Shown here piece by piece: positions 45,001 to 58,200 of a DNA stretch of 64,000 nucleotides. The notes below the pieces were generated by a model. It was not told the DNA's origin, did not search any database, and saw only the letters and a list, made by a program, of their open reading frames with translations. Both the position numbers and the translations under genes were made by a program. Source of the stretch: Tetramitus jugosus (taxonomy: Eukaryota; Protista; Heterolobosea); the NCBI GenBank assembly GCA_937625935.1, contig OW569345.1, forward strand, positions 62,001 through 126,000, given 5' to 3'. Each line of letters opens with the position of its first letter. The stretch's first letter is position 1.

Positions 45001-47393
45001 CATTGACAACTACGTTATCTCTTTTGATATTGGTAGCAACTGCAACGGGTCCCTCTGTCGAAAAGTATTGCAAACTCATCTTACCAAACATTATTTCCAA
45101 GCTGTCGCACAATAACAAGGCAGTTAGAACACTCGCTCTCTCAGTCCTAGAAGCATGGGTAGAAATTATTACATTGGAACCGATGCTCAAATTCTTCCCT
45201 AAGGGACTTTCAACAGAAAAGGGGCATCCTGAGGGAAGAAAAGATGTTCTTACCTTCATTGTCAACCATTTGCCAACTATCAAGCAGAGAGATGCACCAA
45301 CGTTTGAACCCATCGTCAAAACAATTATCGAATCAATCCAAGATCCAAAACCAGACATAAGGAAACTGGCCGAACAGATATTACCAGAAATTGTGGCAGC
45401 TATTGGAGTAGAGGAAGTCCGAAAGTATTGTAGAGATTTGAAACCAGCTTTCAGACAAACTGTCAATGCCATCCTGGACAAATACATTGATGCTGTTCCA
45501 TCAATCCCAGTTGTAGTGAACAATCAACCTGAAGTGTCGAGAATTCTCTTAGCATCGAATGCTCAGATCCCTACTCCTGTTCTTTCACAGTCTGCATCCT
45601 CTCCTATGGAAATTGATGATGATGTCGAAGAAAAGAGTGTAACACAGCCAGTTCTAACCTCATCATTCAAGCAACCAAGAACTGTTGTACGAAGACCTGT
45701 AGTTGAAGCAGTTCCCTCATCGGAACCTGTTGCTATCAGCACAAGAGTTCACGAGCAAATTACTCAAATGCCAGTGAGATCTGTTCCAACACTAAATATT
45801 GCAGAGCTTGATGGCTCTCAGCCGATCTCTATCCAAAAACTTATTGGTGCAATCCAAATCGATAGAACGAACGATGAGAATACAATCAACGCTTTGAAGA
45901 AGCTGGTTGAAATCTTGAACAATGATAGGAGAGCTGTCGTACCTCACGTGAAAGAACTAGTAGATTGTTTAACATCTGGTATTCAAAATGCTTTTGAATT
46001 AGCCACAGCCGGTTTGATCAGTATCAGACTCTGCAAATACCTCCTCAATACCAAGATGATTCTGTTCTCGAAGAGGAATATCATGGAATTGATCGACAAA
46101 GATACTCTTCAAAACCTAATTCATCAACTTCTAACAAGATTGCTTGATGAGAAGTTGCCTCTGCTTGAAGATGGACAGAACTTGCTGAGAGCATTCAACC
46201 AGTTAATGATCAACATTCTTCAAAACTCCAACAGAACGTCAACATACACCTCATTGTTGAACCTACTCGCCTCTTCACATGACAAGCTCCACATGAAGAA
46301 GTACACTGAATTGGTTGTAAAATGCCTTCTCAAGCTAACCAAGGCACTAGAGAGCACTGTGGACCGCATTCAGATTGATATTCTCCTCATGGACCTTCAC
46401 GAATTCTTGACTGCCAATCCACCGACTCAATTCAAGAACAAGGATGACTTGCCTCTGAGAACCGTGAAGACAATCTTAAATGAACTTGTCAAGGTTAAGG
46501 GACCGAGTATTAGAACTCACCTATCATTCATCCCTACGCACAAGAATCCGCTGATTGTGTCATACATTGAACTAATGCTGACAAATGCTCAAAAGCAGAA
46601 GGAAAAGGACACAGAGTCGATCCAAAATATCTCTACTGAACCTGATGAAACGAACAATACGCAAGAGACCAATGAAATGTTGAATGAAATTTTTAACTGT
46701 ATCAGCAACAAGGACACATGCAATACTGGATTGTTCCGACTTTACAAATTCAAGAAGACCTATCCATCTGCTAACATTAACATCCATCTCTCCCGCTGCA
46801 GTGAAGTGTTCCAGGTTTATATTAAGCGCCAGCTAGCCAAGATTGAGGAGCATGAGAGTCGGTCATCACAGAACTTTGAAACTAGAGTACATACACCCCA
46901 ACCTCAAACAGAGACAGCAGATGCCCCCAAAACAACTAAACCCTCATACGGTCTGTCATCTATGGACGCCATTAGAGCTGAAGTCAAGCGCAGACAACAC
47001 GAAATGCAACAACTAGGCAATATCAACCCCGAAGATCAAGCACTGAGCCGATCACTCTCTGTCCAAGACATTCGAAGACGATTTAGAGAAGTGAAGGTAA
47101 ATAACGCGAGTGACTTGCCGATGGAACCTCCTCAATTCAATGATCAACCATTAGCCAATGTTCCAGCCTCCTCTGACCAATTGGAAGCACTGAAAAACAG
47201 AATTAGAGCAAAGGCAAAGCAACAACAAATGGACGAACAAAGAAGACGGTCCTCATCTCTCTCACAGTCGACCGATGCTGCAGCATTGAGAGCCAGATTG
47301 GCTGCTACTCAGGCCAAGTTCGTCCGGGAAGAAGAAAAGGAGAATCAATCCGATTTGTCCAATTTGAAGGAACGACTAGCACGATTGAACTAA
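42077..47393 (+). CDS. CKAP5: XMAP215/ch-TOG/MOR1 microtubule polymerase (intron 42587-42665)
   Basis: TOG HEAT-A motifs SSNWKER, SVKWAER, SAKWSER, DGNWKNR; conserved C-terminal region LCKYLLNT..LVVKCLLKL..LPLRTVKTILNEL. Confidence 0.9.
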
Positions 47394-47426
47394 TTGGCGG
47401 TAGCCTATTAAAACTCATTATTCCCC

Positions 47427-48389
47427 TTACAATTTTATTCCACTGTGCAAAGCGACAACTCCGAAACTCATGCTAGTGTACTTTGTGTGCTTGAATCCAG
47501 CATCCTCGAGCATGCTCTTGAACTTTTCCTGATCAGGGAACTGTCTGATGCTCTCGACAAGGTATTGATAGGAGGCACGGTCATTGGTCACCACCTCACC
47601 AACAGCAGGAATCACATTGAACGAATACCAGTCATAAAATTGACGCAACGCCTCATTGTCCACTCTGCTAAACTCTAGACACAAAAAGTGACCACCCTTT
47701 TTCAAAATTCTATGTGCTTCCTTGAGTGCTCTATCAATGTGAGTCACATTACGAATACCGAATGCAATCGTATATCCATCGATACTGTCCGATGCAATCG
47801 TGGGCAAACTCTCTGCATTGCCCTCCAACCAGTCCAACTCTATACCACTCGACTCCTTCAATCGATCCAATCCCAGTTCAATCGACTTTTGTTTACCCAC
47901 TTGGAGCATGTTGGGATTAATGTCCGATACAATGACTTTGGACTGTGGCACACTACCATTCATTGCTGATGCTGCCGTTTGTCTTCTCATGTACTCTACA
48001 ATTCGAAATGCAATGTCACCTGTACCACCAGCCACATCCAACAATGTACAACCTGGTTGTGGTCTATAGTGATCCTCAATCATGACATCTTTCCACATGC
48101 GATGCAAACTTCCACTCATCAAATCATTCATAATGTCATACTTGTTGGCCACGTTGGCAAACACGTCAAACACCATTTGTTGTTTTTGTTGTTCGGGAAC
48201 AGTTTGGAAACCAAAGTGAGTCGTAGTTGATTCATTTTGTTGTTGTTGTTGTTGAGTTTGTTGTTGAAAAAGAGAAGAATGGAAAAAGAGACTGTTGTTT
48301 TTGGAGGAGGTGGTGGAGGTGGTGGATGAAGAGAGACGTTGAAGGAGAGACAATGGTGCTCGTAAGCTATTGGTTGTTGCTCTGTGCAT
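47427..48389 (-). CDS. COQ5: Ubiquinone biosynthesis C-methyltransferase (UbiE/COQ5), mitochondrial
   Basis: THFGF, VANKYDIMNDLMSG, LLDVAGGTGDIAF, YTIAFGIRNVT, SYQYLVESIRQFP. Confidence 0.95.
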   Translation of the reverse strand: MHRATTNSLRAPLSLLQRLSSSTTSTTSSKNNSLFFHSSLFQQQTQQQQQQNESTTTHFGFQTVPEQQKQQMVFDVFANVANKYDIMNDLMSGSLHRMWKDVMIEDHYRPQPGCTLLDVAGGTGDIAFRIVEYMRRQTAASAMNGSVPQSKVIVSDINPNMLQVGKQKSIELGLDRLKESSGIELDWLEGNAESLPTIASDSIDGYTIAFGIRNVTHIDRALKEAHRILKKGGHFLCLEFSRVDNEALRQFYDWYSFNVIPAVGEVVTNDRASYQYLVESIRQFPDQEKFKSMLEDAGFKHTKYTSMSFGVVALHSGIKL

Positions 48390-49026
48390 GATGATGTTAT
48401 GATGGATATTGGATTGTTTTGTTGTTTGTTTGGTTGTTTGGCGATGAAATGAAAAAACTTGCGCTGATGTTGATCCTTGGTGTTTGGTTCTGCCGACAGA
48501 AGGTCGCGAGAATTTGGTTTCCGACTCAAAAAAAACAGAGAACGCACATTCCACACACGAATAACAAGCAACAAGCAACAATAAGACTAATCATGATCTA
48601 CGACGTCAACAGTGAACTTTTCTTGAGATTTATCAGAGCTAGAGGAGACAGAAACCAATACACGTAAGTCCTTTTGATCGCGCAACCACAAATTTGTCTC
48701 TTGTATCAAAGAACAAGGAAAAACTCACCTCTCGCTTTTTTTTTCTCACTATCTCTCTCTTGTCACAAAACGAAAACAAATTTTAGTAACTATGGTCCAT
48801 CTCAAAACATGCAATCCAAGAGCACTGGCTTCTCAGCCAACGTGCAGGCACAGTCAGCCTAAACTCCAAGCGCTTGACTGATTGAACCAGAAAATCGCCG
48901 CCAATAAAATTACTTTTTTCCGAATCGGAGATTCATAATTTGTAAAAAAACAAAAAACTTGCAACAACACGGGAAAATATCATATTCATCCATAACCAAC
49001 ACCAACATCCATAATAATCATCAAAA

Positions 49027-49428
49027 ATGCCCTTCAATTTCAGTAGAATCTTTGGTCCATTGACCGCTCATCAATACATTAACCGTGTCAAAATGGCTGG
49101 CGTCGTCGCATTCCCATTGACCTTCTTCTATGCCACTTATTCCAACAAATCTCTCGACGTTCAACCCATTCTAGACACTAGACTATCTCCATTGTACGTT
49201 GAGGGATATGTGGACATGTGGAATGAGCAATCATCCTTGTTGAAGCCATATTGGGCAGAAGGTGAAAAGCGCAACGCATTGACTGAAGAACAAAAGATAG
49301 AATTGGACTTTTTGAAGAGCTTGAGATGGAGCTTGAAACAAAAGGGCACAGTCAACAATTCTTACCTTCCAGACATGTTGGAAGGAACTGTACAATTGGA
49401 TAAGACTTCCTCCTTTTTCTCTGTGTAA
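49027..49428 (+). CDS. Small single-pass membrane protein, possibly mitochondrial
   Basis: 133-aa ORF in AAAATG context with one hydrophobic segment. Confidence 0.6.
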   Translation: MPFNFSRIFGPLTAHQYINRVKMAGVVAFPLTFFYATYSNKSLDVQPILDTRLSPLYVEGYVDMWNEQSSLLKPYWAEGEKRNALTEEQKIELDFLKSLRWSLKQKGTVNNSYLPDMLEGTVQLDKTSSFFSV

Positions 49429-49682
49429 ATAAGAGTGCTCAGTTTCATGTAGCACAATCACACATCAGAGAGGAGGCAACAACAACTGGATACATTCACA
49501 ATATGAACAGTAATAACAACAGCAACGACGGAGAACCAAATAAAAAACACTATTATCTATTCACATTGTTTGAGAGGGCGCCTTAAAAGAGTGATTGTAT
49601 TCGACAAGTGTCGTCGAAGGACTCGAATTTTGAATGAGATTGAAAAAGCTTTTTACTATGACGCGAGATGGAAATAAAATCT

Positions 49683-50504
49683 CTATGCTTGTTCAACAGT
49701 GACTGAGGCAGTGGATTCTTCCGTTGCCAAGGCTTGTTGATCAACATCTTGATCTTCCTCCTCTTCTTCTAGAGCTTGCTTCTTCTCTTGTTGTTGTTGC
49801 TGTTGCTGTTGTGTTTGTTGTTGCATCTTTTGTTGCTGTTCTTGCAAGTGTCTCTTGACTTCTTGCATGACAAACATTTCCTTCTTTTCCTTGATCAACT
49901 GTTCTAGATTGACACCTCCACTTGCAACTGCTGTTGCTGTTGCTGCTGATGGAGCAGATGATTTGATTTGTGTTGTTGCTGCCTTGACCTGTTTCTTGGT
50001 GGATGATGATTTGCGAGTCTTTGCAATCGTCACTTGTTGTTGTTCCGTCGTGCCATCCACAACAACAACAGCTGATGGTGATGGTGAATTGGCTGATTTG
50101 AGAATCGATGAATCAAACATGGTAATGGAATTCAACTGTACAGAGTAAGTGCATGGAGCAGTGTGACTAGTGCTCTTGTTAGACAAGAGAGCATCTAATT
50201 GTCGTGATGGGTGATGAGAAAATTCGAGTGGAGATGGTTGTTGTTGTGGCTTTGGTTTCAAATTGTGCAATCTCTGCAATTGAGACTCTGCATACTGAGA
50301 AATATCATTGAAAAACTCGTCGTGCTCTTGAGCTGTTTTTCTATTGTCTAGTTTGAGAGACACTTCATTGTTGGGCCATTGTATAATGACAAAGTGTTTG
50401 TTGTTTTGTTGAAATTGTTGTTGTAGTGCAGATGTAGAAGAATGGAATCGAGTGTTGCATGATTTGCACAGGGAGTTGCTATTGCTTAAAAATCGTCTCA
50501 TCAT
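49683..50504 (-). CDS. Hypothetical low-complexity protein with a mitochondrial-type presequence
   Basis: MMRRFLS...RFHSS N-terminus; Q-rich coiled coil. Confidence 0.55.
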   Translation of the reverse strand: MMRRFLSNSNSLCKSCNTRFHSSTSALQQQFQQNNKHFVIIQWPNNEVSLKLDNRKTAQEHDEFFNDISQYAESQLQRLHNLKPKPQQQPSPLEFSHHPSRQLDALLSNKSTSHTAPCTYSVQLNSITMFDSSILKSANSPSPSAVVVVDGTTEQQQVTIAKTRKSSSTKKQVKAATTQIKSSAPSAATATAVASGGVNLEQLIKEKKEMFVMQEVKRHLQEQQQKMQQQTQQQQQQQQEKKQALEEEEEDQDVDQQALATEESTASVTVEQA

Positions 50505-51078
50505 TTTTTGTTTGTGTGTCTTAAAAATTTGTTTGTTGATTTTGATATGTGTGGTATGGATTGGATTGGTGGATATGATGGTATCTAGAGTGAGAAGTGT
50601 AGCGAATCGCTAAAAAATGTTTAAAGCTTCACTCTTTGCGGTTGGTTGTTTGTTTTTGGGGTGGTTTGTTGGTGTGTTGGTTTGTTTTTTGGTTTTTTGG
50701 ATGAACGCCTCATTCGCTTCTCGTGACGCTTTATTCAAGCTTGAGGAACCTGCATCGCAAAGATTTGCCCGTTCCGCTTACAAAATTGAATCTCAGGACA
50801 ATTGGAGGAACACACGTTGGAAACTCAAACGAACATTTTTTATTTACAATGACCGACGAGCTCTCCAGGTGTCACAAACTTGAGAATCTCTTCGTGAATA
50901 TTCAAAAGGCAATTTCACATCACACAGAACCAGTTTTCGAACAATGATCCTGCAATAATCAGACTGCGATGTCTTGGGCGGTCGCATTACAGATGAGGGT
51001 TTTGGTTGACCGATCAAGTAGCGAAAAAATATTGCGATTTTTCAGCAAACTCCTTGCCGTTCTTTTCTCGTTATTCCT

Positions 51079-51492
51079 TCATTCGCCTCTGTAAACCGCA
51101 ATATTCTTATCCGTTTCGTGAACTTTCACCTGGTACAACAAACCCCGAGGCAAATGCTCCGTCAATACATTCCAAACAAAAATTGAAATGTTTTCTGCTG
51201 TGCTGACTCTTGTGTGAAAATAAGCAACATCCAGGTCCAAGTTCTTGTGATCCACCTGATCGAGCACATGCTTATGGATGATCTGCTTGAGATCCACCAA
51301 ATTCATCACCATCCCCGTTTGCTCATCCACTTCACCAAACAATGTAATTTCTAGCTTGTAGTTGTGTCCATGTCCATTCTTGTGGTTGCACTTGCCATAC
51401 ACTGCCTCATTTTGTTCATCTGACAAGTGAATACTGTGCAAGCGATGACACGCTGAAAATTGTTCAATCCTAGTCAAGTAAACCTTTGGCAT
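51079..51492 (-). CDS. PTS: 6-pyruvoyl-tetrahydropterin synthase
   Basis: FSACHRL, GKCNH..GHGHNY, DHKNLD, STAEN, ETDKN..YRGE; ATG at 51492. Confidence 0.95.
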   Translation of the reverse strand: MPKVYLTRIEQFSACHRLHSIHLSDEQNEAVYGKCNHKNGHGHNYKLEITLFGEVDEQTGMVMNLVDLKQIIHKHVLDQVDHKNLDLDVAYFHTRVSTAENISIFVWNVLTEHLPRGLLYQVKVHETDKNIAVYRGE

Positions 51493-51512
51493 GGCGATAA
51501 TCAATTGGTTTG

Positions 51513-51530
51513 CTTTTTGGCGCCAAAAAG
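51513..51530. promoter_or_regulatory. 18-bp perfect palindrome CTTTTTGGCGCCAAAAAG (E2F-like core) in the PTS/TMEM97 divergent promoter
   Basis: The palindrome is directly visible; function is inferred. Confidence 0.4.
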
Positions 51531-51610
51531 TGAACACAAAAATTTTGATCGGTGAGTCCGACGGAAAACCCAATTTCCCAGCAAGCAAAAAACAAAAGAA
51601 CAAACATATA

Positions 51611-52138
51611 ATGTCATCCAAGGTTGCCAACTTCCTGATCCTCTTTTATTATGTGATCCATGTTCCGATCACTCTGTTTTGTGACTCTCAAGTTGTTCTC
51701 CCATCTTCCTATTATCCTTCATTCCTGTTGGATGCCATGAAGAATTACACGGTCATGTTCGAAGACAAGCTCTGTGCTCAGCAACCAACCTGGTTCTGGA
51801 GTATGACATTTGTTGAGGTGTTTGTCCAATTTCCCTTCTTTTTCGTGAGCATTTATGCCTTCTTGATGAAGAGAAACTGGATCCGCATTCCGACCATCAT
51901 TTATGGATCACATGTCGCTACTACTCTCATTCCCATTCTGGGTTCGGTCTTGTTTGATCCATTGTTGAAGCCAAAGAATGATTTGGCTCTGTGTGGATTG
52001 GTGGCCATCTATTCCGTGTGGCTCGTCTTCCCTGTGTGGATGACCTATTATGCATGGGTCAATGAAGACTTGTTTGCTACCGGCACGACCACGAAGAGTG
52101 TTGCGGCCACCAACACCAAGAAGGCAAAGAGTAACTAA
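51611..52138 (+). CDS. TMEM97: EXPERA-domain protein, TMEM97/sigma-2 receptor-like
   Basis: HVPITLFCD, P.WFWS..FVE.FVQFPFF, IIYGSHVATTLIPIL; four TM helices; lysine-rich C-terminal tail. Confidence 0.85.
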   Translation: MSSKVANFLILFYYVIHVPITLFCDSQVVLPSSYYPSFLLDAMKNYTVMFEDKLCAQQPTWFWSMTFVEVFVQFPFFFVSIYAFLMKRNWIRIPTIIYGSHVATTLIPILGSVLFDPLLKPKNDLALCGLVAIYSVWLVFPVWMTYYAWVNEDLFATGTTTKSVAATNTKKAKSN

Positions 52139-52206
52139 ATAATTATTATTATGCTGAATCAATAAAGAGCTAGATTTGATTTTGAAACAAAGGTTAGTAT
52201 TGGAGT

Positions 52207-55200
52207 TTAACTCCATTTATTGAGTGAATCCTCTCGTTTGAGACTCGAGCTCGAAAGATTGAAGGAGTTTGCACCACTGAAAGAGTTCTTTCTTTCGAGA
52301 GCGGGGGCAGTGTTGGAGGACTTGTTTGCATGTGGATCTTCCCACTCACCCAATTCGCCTTCTTGCTCATCCAAGTCGTCTTGATCGTTGATGTGACGTA
52401 CTTTGTTCTTTGCATCTGATTCTTCCAGAGTCAAAGAACGCAATATTGGGAAGAAGGAGATATCGTCACCCTCGGCCATATTGAAAATGTATTGTTCCAC
52501 ACCAGTGTATTCTGTCACTTCCTTTTCGAATAGATAGATCAAGAAGAATACATAGTCCCACATGTAATGTTCATGCTTGATATGATCGTGGAAGGTAATA
52601 CCTTCGTTTGCCTTCATGTCGAATCTCGCTCGGTCAATATCGCAGATGAAACACTTGTCTTTGATGAGTTTCTCAGTGTTTTCCGCATTCTGTCTAATAT
52701 CCGCAAAGGCATCCAGAATGATACCAAACACAATATTGATCAACACAATAATGACAGCAAAGAAGAAGGCCATATCGAGCACAAATCGCAAAGGACTCAC
52801 AACAGGATCCATGATATCTTCCCAGAAACCACCACCACGCAGACCATAATTAAAGATGGCGACAAAGCATTGATACTGGGTGTCACACAATCGAGTACCA
52901 TCGCCCAACGTAAAGTCAGACGCCGACCAACTAAAGTATAGCACTGAGAAGAAGAAGACCGAAAAGGTCATCAGCACACCTGTCAATGCCAGAGACTTCA
53001 CATTGTTTTGAATGGCTTGTAGAACACTTCGGAGAGTAGGAGCTCTTGCAACAACTTCGAACAGCAATAGGCAATATATGAGTGGGGAGACTGAAAATCC
53101 GAGGAATGAAATACCGAAGAATAGCAAAAATGTCCACATTTGAGTATCTTTCAGAGTGTAGGATAGATACTTGAACACGAACTCGATATCAAAATCTTTT
53201 TTCTCCCATTTTGTGTCCTTCTCGAAGCTGAATTGCTTTTTCACTTTCAGCTTAGCATAAAAGTACACATAGAGTCCGAATAGACCCGCAGCCATGAACA
53301 GCTGTATGAGACCTAAAATAAATATGGCCATCTCGGCACCTGCATGAGTGAAATCACCGCTTAGTATCGCATCTGTTGAGTCTTGAGTGTCGACACCTGG
53401 AATTGGAATGATACCATTTTCAGTATCGAACGTCTTCTTATATGTCACACACACGATGATATTTAGTAGCACTGAGAACAAGAAGACTAAGATTCTCAAC
53501 TGACTCCAGTTTCTTTCCACAAAGTTCCAAGTAAATGACTTGAGCGCCTTTGCTGGACTAGTGAATAAATGCTTGATGTGTGTTGCATTGGTCTTAAAAT
53601 TTTCATAATGTTCCATCTCTACTCTAAACTTGTTAGTTTCTTCGAACAGGGCTCTCACCTTGCTCTTTGCACTCTCTCTATCACAATTGATCAGAAAATC
53701 CTGCTTTGTTTGCTCGATCATATTCGAAGAGATCGATGGTCTCTCGAAGTACACTCTCTCCAAAAAGTTATTTCTCAATATTTCTATTCTTCCTGTTCTG
53801 TCTTGATATGGCTTCAAGTTTTTGCGTTGTTGTTCATTTGTGAACCAGCGATTCAAATTCTCATCCACTTCTTCGTCAAATGTTTTCTTATCTCTGAAAG
53901 TATTCAGCAGGAAGTACACATGCATGCCTAATCTCTCATAAGACTTCTTTACCTTGTTGAGCACGGATTGTTGAGGTTCCTTAGATCCAGCCTTTTCTAG
54001 ATCCTCTCGGATCCGAGTCAAGAGCTTCGAATCATTAGCACCAGTACGCACGATCGCACATTCCGTAAGAGTATCCTGGAGGGCAGTAATGTTGATAGAA
54101 CTACGCATCAATCCATATAGATTCTTATCTCTGTTTCCTTCGAGCAGAGATATCAAGTTAAGTATAATCTTATATCGTAGCTTGAGGACTGATCGAAGTG
54201 ACAGCTCTGGATTGTCATTTTGAAGGATATCGTTCGACATGAAGTATAGCTTAGGACTAAGACCTAAAACTTGTTGATTATTGGTGCATGGACCTTGAAT
54301 GAATTCGATTAGTGTATCGAAGCATTGAACTGCGGTCCCAATCGTGTCTCCATCTACATAGGCTTGCAGGGCCAAAATATATTGAAGACTCTCTTGAACC
54401 AGATTGACAGACAAGTTGTTCGTGTGTTGATTATTCACAAAATCTTGCATCTCTCCAAAATGACCCTCACACAACAACTGAAGCAATCTCAAAATCTGTT
54501 TGATATAGCCAACTTCTTCAAAATTATCACCATCAACTAATTTGACTAGATCCATTGATTGAAGATCATTGTTAAGCGATTCTGATTGATTTGTTCGATG
54601 AATTTGTTGAGCAATTAGCACTTGCTGTTGCATGGACTTAATATTTTCAACATCACGATTCTTTAAGTCTCCAATCTTCGTAATTCGATTTGAATCGTGC
54701 AATGCTTTCAGCTTCAACATTCGCTTCTTCATGAAATCTCGTTTCTTTTTGATTTCTCTAATGGCTAGACGAATTCGATCACGAAGTGCTACGAAGAAGG
54801 GTTCAGAGTGCGTGTTCGTAAAGATGAGATAAATATTTCTCTGAATAATCTTGTTACCATCAATAAGCAGGAGAATTCCAAGTTCCAATGCTTCTCGCAC
54901 AATACTATTAGTGCTGCTACACACCAGCTCGAGAACAAGAGCAGGTGCTTCCGCGTCGGCCATCATCTTTAGTTTCTTCTCCAAGATTGATTCCTTACCC
55001 TTTCTCGATCGAGGTTCATTCTCACTCTCTTCCTTAGCATTGAGTATGACTGTTTGTAGTGTCTTCAAGGCTTTGAGGGTGGCAAAAACTGCTGCTTCAT
55101 TGTATCCTGAAGCGTACATTCTTCGAAGAACTCTCACGAGAGTATTCAAATCTCCTTGCTCGTTATATAGTTTAGCCACACTAGGCATATCCGAAATATT

Positions 55201-58200
55201 GAGCAAATGATACTTTAGTCTGATGATGAGGGATGAGTATTGATTACAGACACGTTCATCATTCTCCTCAAGTTTGGGAGGTGATGTTCTCGATTTCTCT
55301 ACGGTTTTTGCAGCATTTCTCATTGTATCTTGCAAGAAAGTGAGAACCAATTGACGGCAGGATGAGCCCAGATTAGCAATAACGGCATCCTTCTTGTACA
55401 TAGCCTGAACAGTTCTAGTTAAAGAGGTTCTTTGCGCTGGATCGGCCGTCTTTCGATAGATCGAAATAATCACATTGAGAAGTTGCTCGGTCATACGATC
55501 ATGAACGTCACTCTTCGTTCGAAGAGCATTCGTGTTCACATGCTTTGCATAATAATTCAGAATGAATGGTAGAGCTAAGTTGAACACATAGTTATCATCG
55601 ACATGGTATTGGGGTTCCGTTATCGAGATATCATCAAGTGTCACGATTTCCGTTACTACAGATGCGGATGCTTGAGAGGAAGACGCTTTGGATGGAGTAG
55701 CAGTGGATTCATCGACCATAGAGTTTTTGTACTGTTGCAGAATAGCATTATTGGCAGCCAATTTGGCTCTTTTGGATACACGAGGCTTGACTAAGTAATA
55801 ATTCAATTCCTTGCAAATCTGATCCATGAGAATGAGCAGCTTGGTAGTCGTCGTGATCTTAAGAGCCTCAATTTTTTCAGTATTGATGTAGACTTCATCG
55901 AGGAAACGAAGGAGAGGATCTCTCACTTCCGGAATCAAATCACTTTCAGTCAGCTGACTCAATACATCATCAACACTCAACAGAGCCTGGAGTTTAACCT
56001 CACTCACATGATTTTTACCATCAGCACAATCACACAGTAGCTGAAGCAAGGTGATATGATAGTTAAGGATTCCATCTGGCTTTGTGATGTGTTCGTTGTT
56101 TTGAATTCTTCTATTTCGTTCTCTCAAACCTTCTTCATCACTAAAAAGAATCATGACATCCTTCTTTCTTTCCATGAGATTCTTAGTTACGAGCGTTTGA
56201 TTTCTTTTCAATGGTCTTCCATCGCTTCGTACCAGATGTCTCAAAAACGTTAAATACTTTGAGGACAATCTGCTTTCGGCCATACTATCAATAAAGAAGC
56301 GAATATGTTTTTCTTCGATTGTACTGCAAAGAGTTGGATTATCCTTCACAATTTCACATAGTAGTGTACACATATCGGGTATAGAAGTGAGACGAGAGAT
56401 CAAGAACTCCAAGTGCCTAAATAGTACACCTTGGTTGTCCTGATTGCCCCTGACAAACTCGGTGAGCATCAATATAGAGTACTTCCACAGAGTATTTTGA
56501 GTACTAGTGTCACTGAACGATCTCTGAAGAATTGAAATCGCAAGTTCATGGGCTTGAAGATTTCTCAAAATACGCTGAGAACGTTGTCCATTCTCTTCAC
56601 AATCCTTCATGATGATAAGGATCAAGTTCCGAATATCAATGGCCTCTTGACCGCGAACTTTAGCAGCTTGTTCACCAGCAAGGAACTGACGAAGTCTCGA
56701 TGTATTCTTGTTCAAGATGAGATAACTCGTCAACATCGCATGTGACACAAGCAACTCTACTCGAGGCAACAACTTGCACAATTCTTCCTTTTGATTATGA
56801 GCTCTGAATAGAAGTTTCATGGCGCTTGTAGCAAGGTCCTGGTCTTCATAATTCATCAAGTCTTGCATCACACGATTGAATACTTGCTGGAATTGAGGAT
56901 CATTGAGCCGTGAGCTCGGCTTGATATTGTCACCCGTATAGGCAAACATTTTATGAACCCACTCTTGTTCCATTCTTGGTTGATCCACCAGTTCCTGTTT
57001 TTTCTTCGTTTGCAGATTCTCAGAGAATTGCTCTGTCAGATATGAGATTCTGATGTTTTGCACTTGGTCGAAGAAGATGTCAAAAATCTTACATATTTCG
57101 AGCTTAATCGAAGATATGACAACATTTTGTTCATCTTGCACATATCTCTCAGCAGCTGTGAGTGTCTTTTGATAGGAGACATCAGATTTACCATCAAGAA
57201 CCTGGAAAAGTTTCCTGGTAATCTCATCGATCTGGTCAAAGTTTGAATAAATACCAAATTCAAACAAAGTACGGCAAATATATGTTAGCATAAATATGAA
57301 TCTATTGCTCTCGATATCTGCCTTGTCCAAAGATTGATGCTTTGAGTAAAATCGAGTCATAAATTTCTTCAATTCGTCCATATTGGCCTCTTGTTGGCCA
57401 AATCTTCTTGCGTCCTTTCTCTTCTCTTGATTGTTCTGTAATCTTTTAGGCGTCATGTCTCGAGTCAAGACAATAACTGGCTTCTTCTCATAGAATGAAG
57501 TATCGATATAGCAGTGGAATAAGAGCTGACAGAAATTGGATCTCAGTCTAGGAGGCAATGAATTGTCGTCAATACAACTTAGGATTGTATCAAAATTAAT
57601 GAGCTGGGATACAGTCTGAATATTTCTCGTATTTCTTCCCATACATAGCTTTCCGAGCAGCTCAATCGAGTTTTGGAAGAATTCAAGTTGATTTCGATCA
57701 AACCTTCGTACAGTACGAACACTTCCTGAATCCAATGTAAAGAAGTCCTTGAGCGGCAGAGAACGATCACCAAAGTTAATCATTATCACATCATTGTCTT
57801 TGTGCGGTATCATAAGCTGCCCTTTTGAACCTGAGTCGCCCTCCAAGAGAATATGGGCAATAAAATCTTGGTTTTTGGTCACAGGAGTGGAGTTGACATC
57901 ACACAGCGCACACAAGAAACCCAAATAGTCTGAACTTCTGCTCGATGTTGATAACAAATTGACGAAAAAGCGAATTTCCTCTGTCGTGATCTTGTTTAGC
58001 AGTTCGAGATTATTTGAAAGAATCTCAGTCAATGCACTAGACACACCCAATCCATACTCAATCTGTGATTGGATGAAACCAATATGTCGAGACATGTACA
58101 GACCGTTCACAGCATTCAGCTTACAGCATTGTTTGATGAATCGATATGCGTACCTGAACATTTCCTTGTAGGTGAAGAAATGCTCCTCATGAATATCCTC

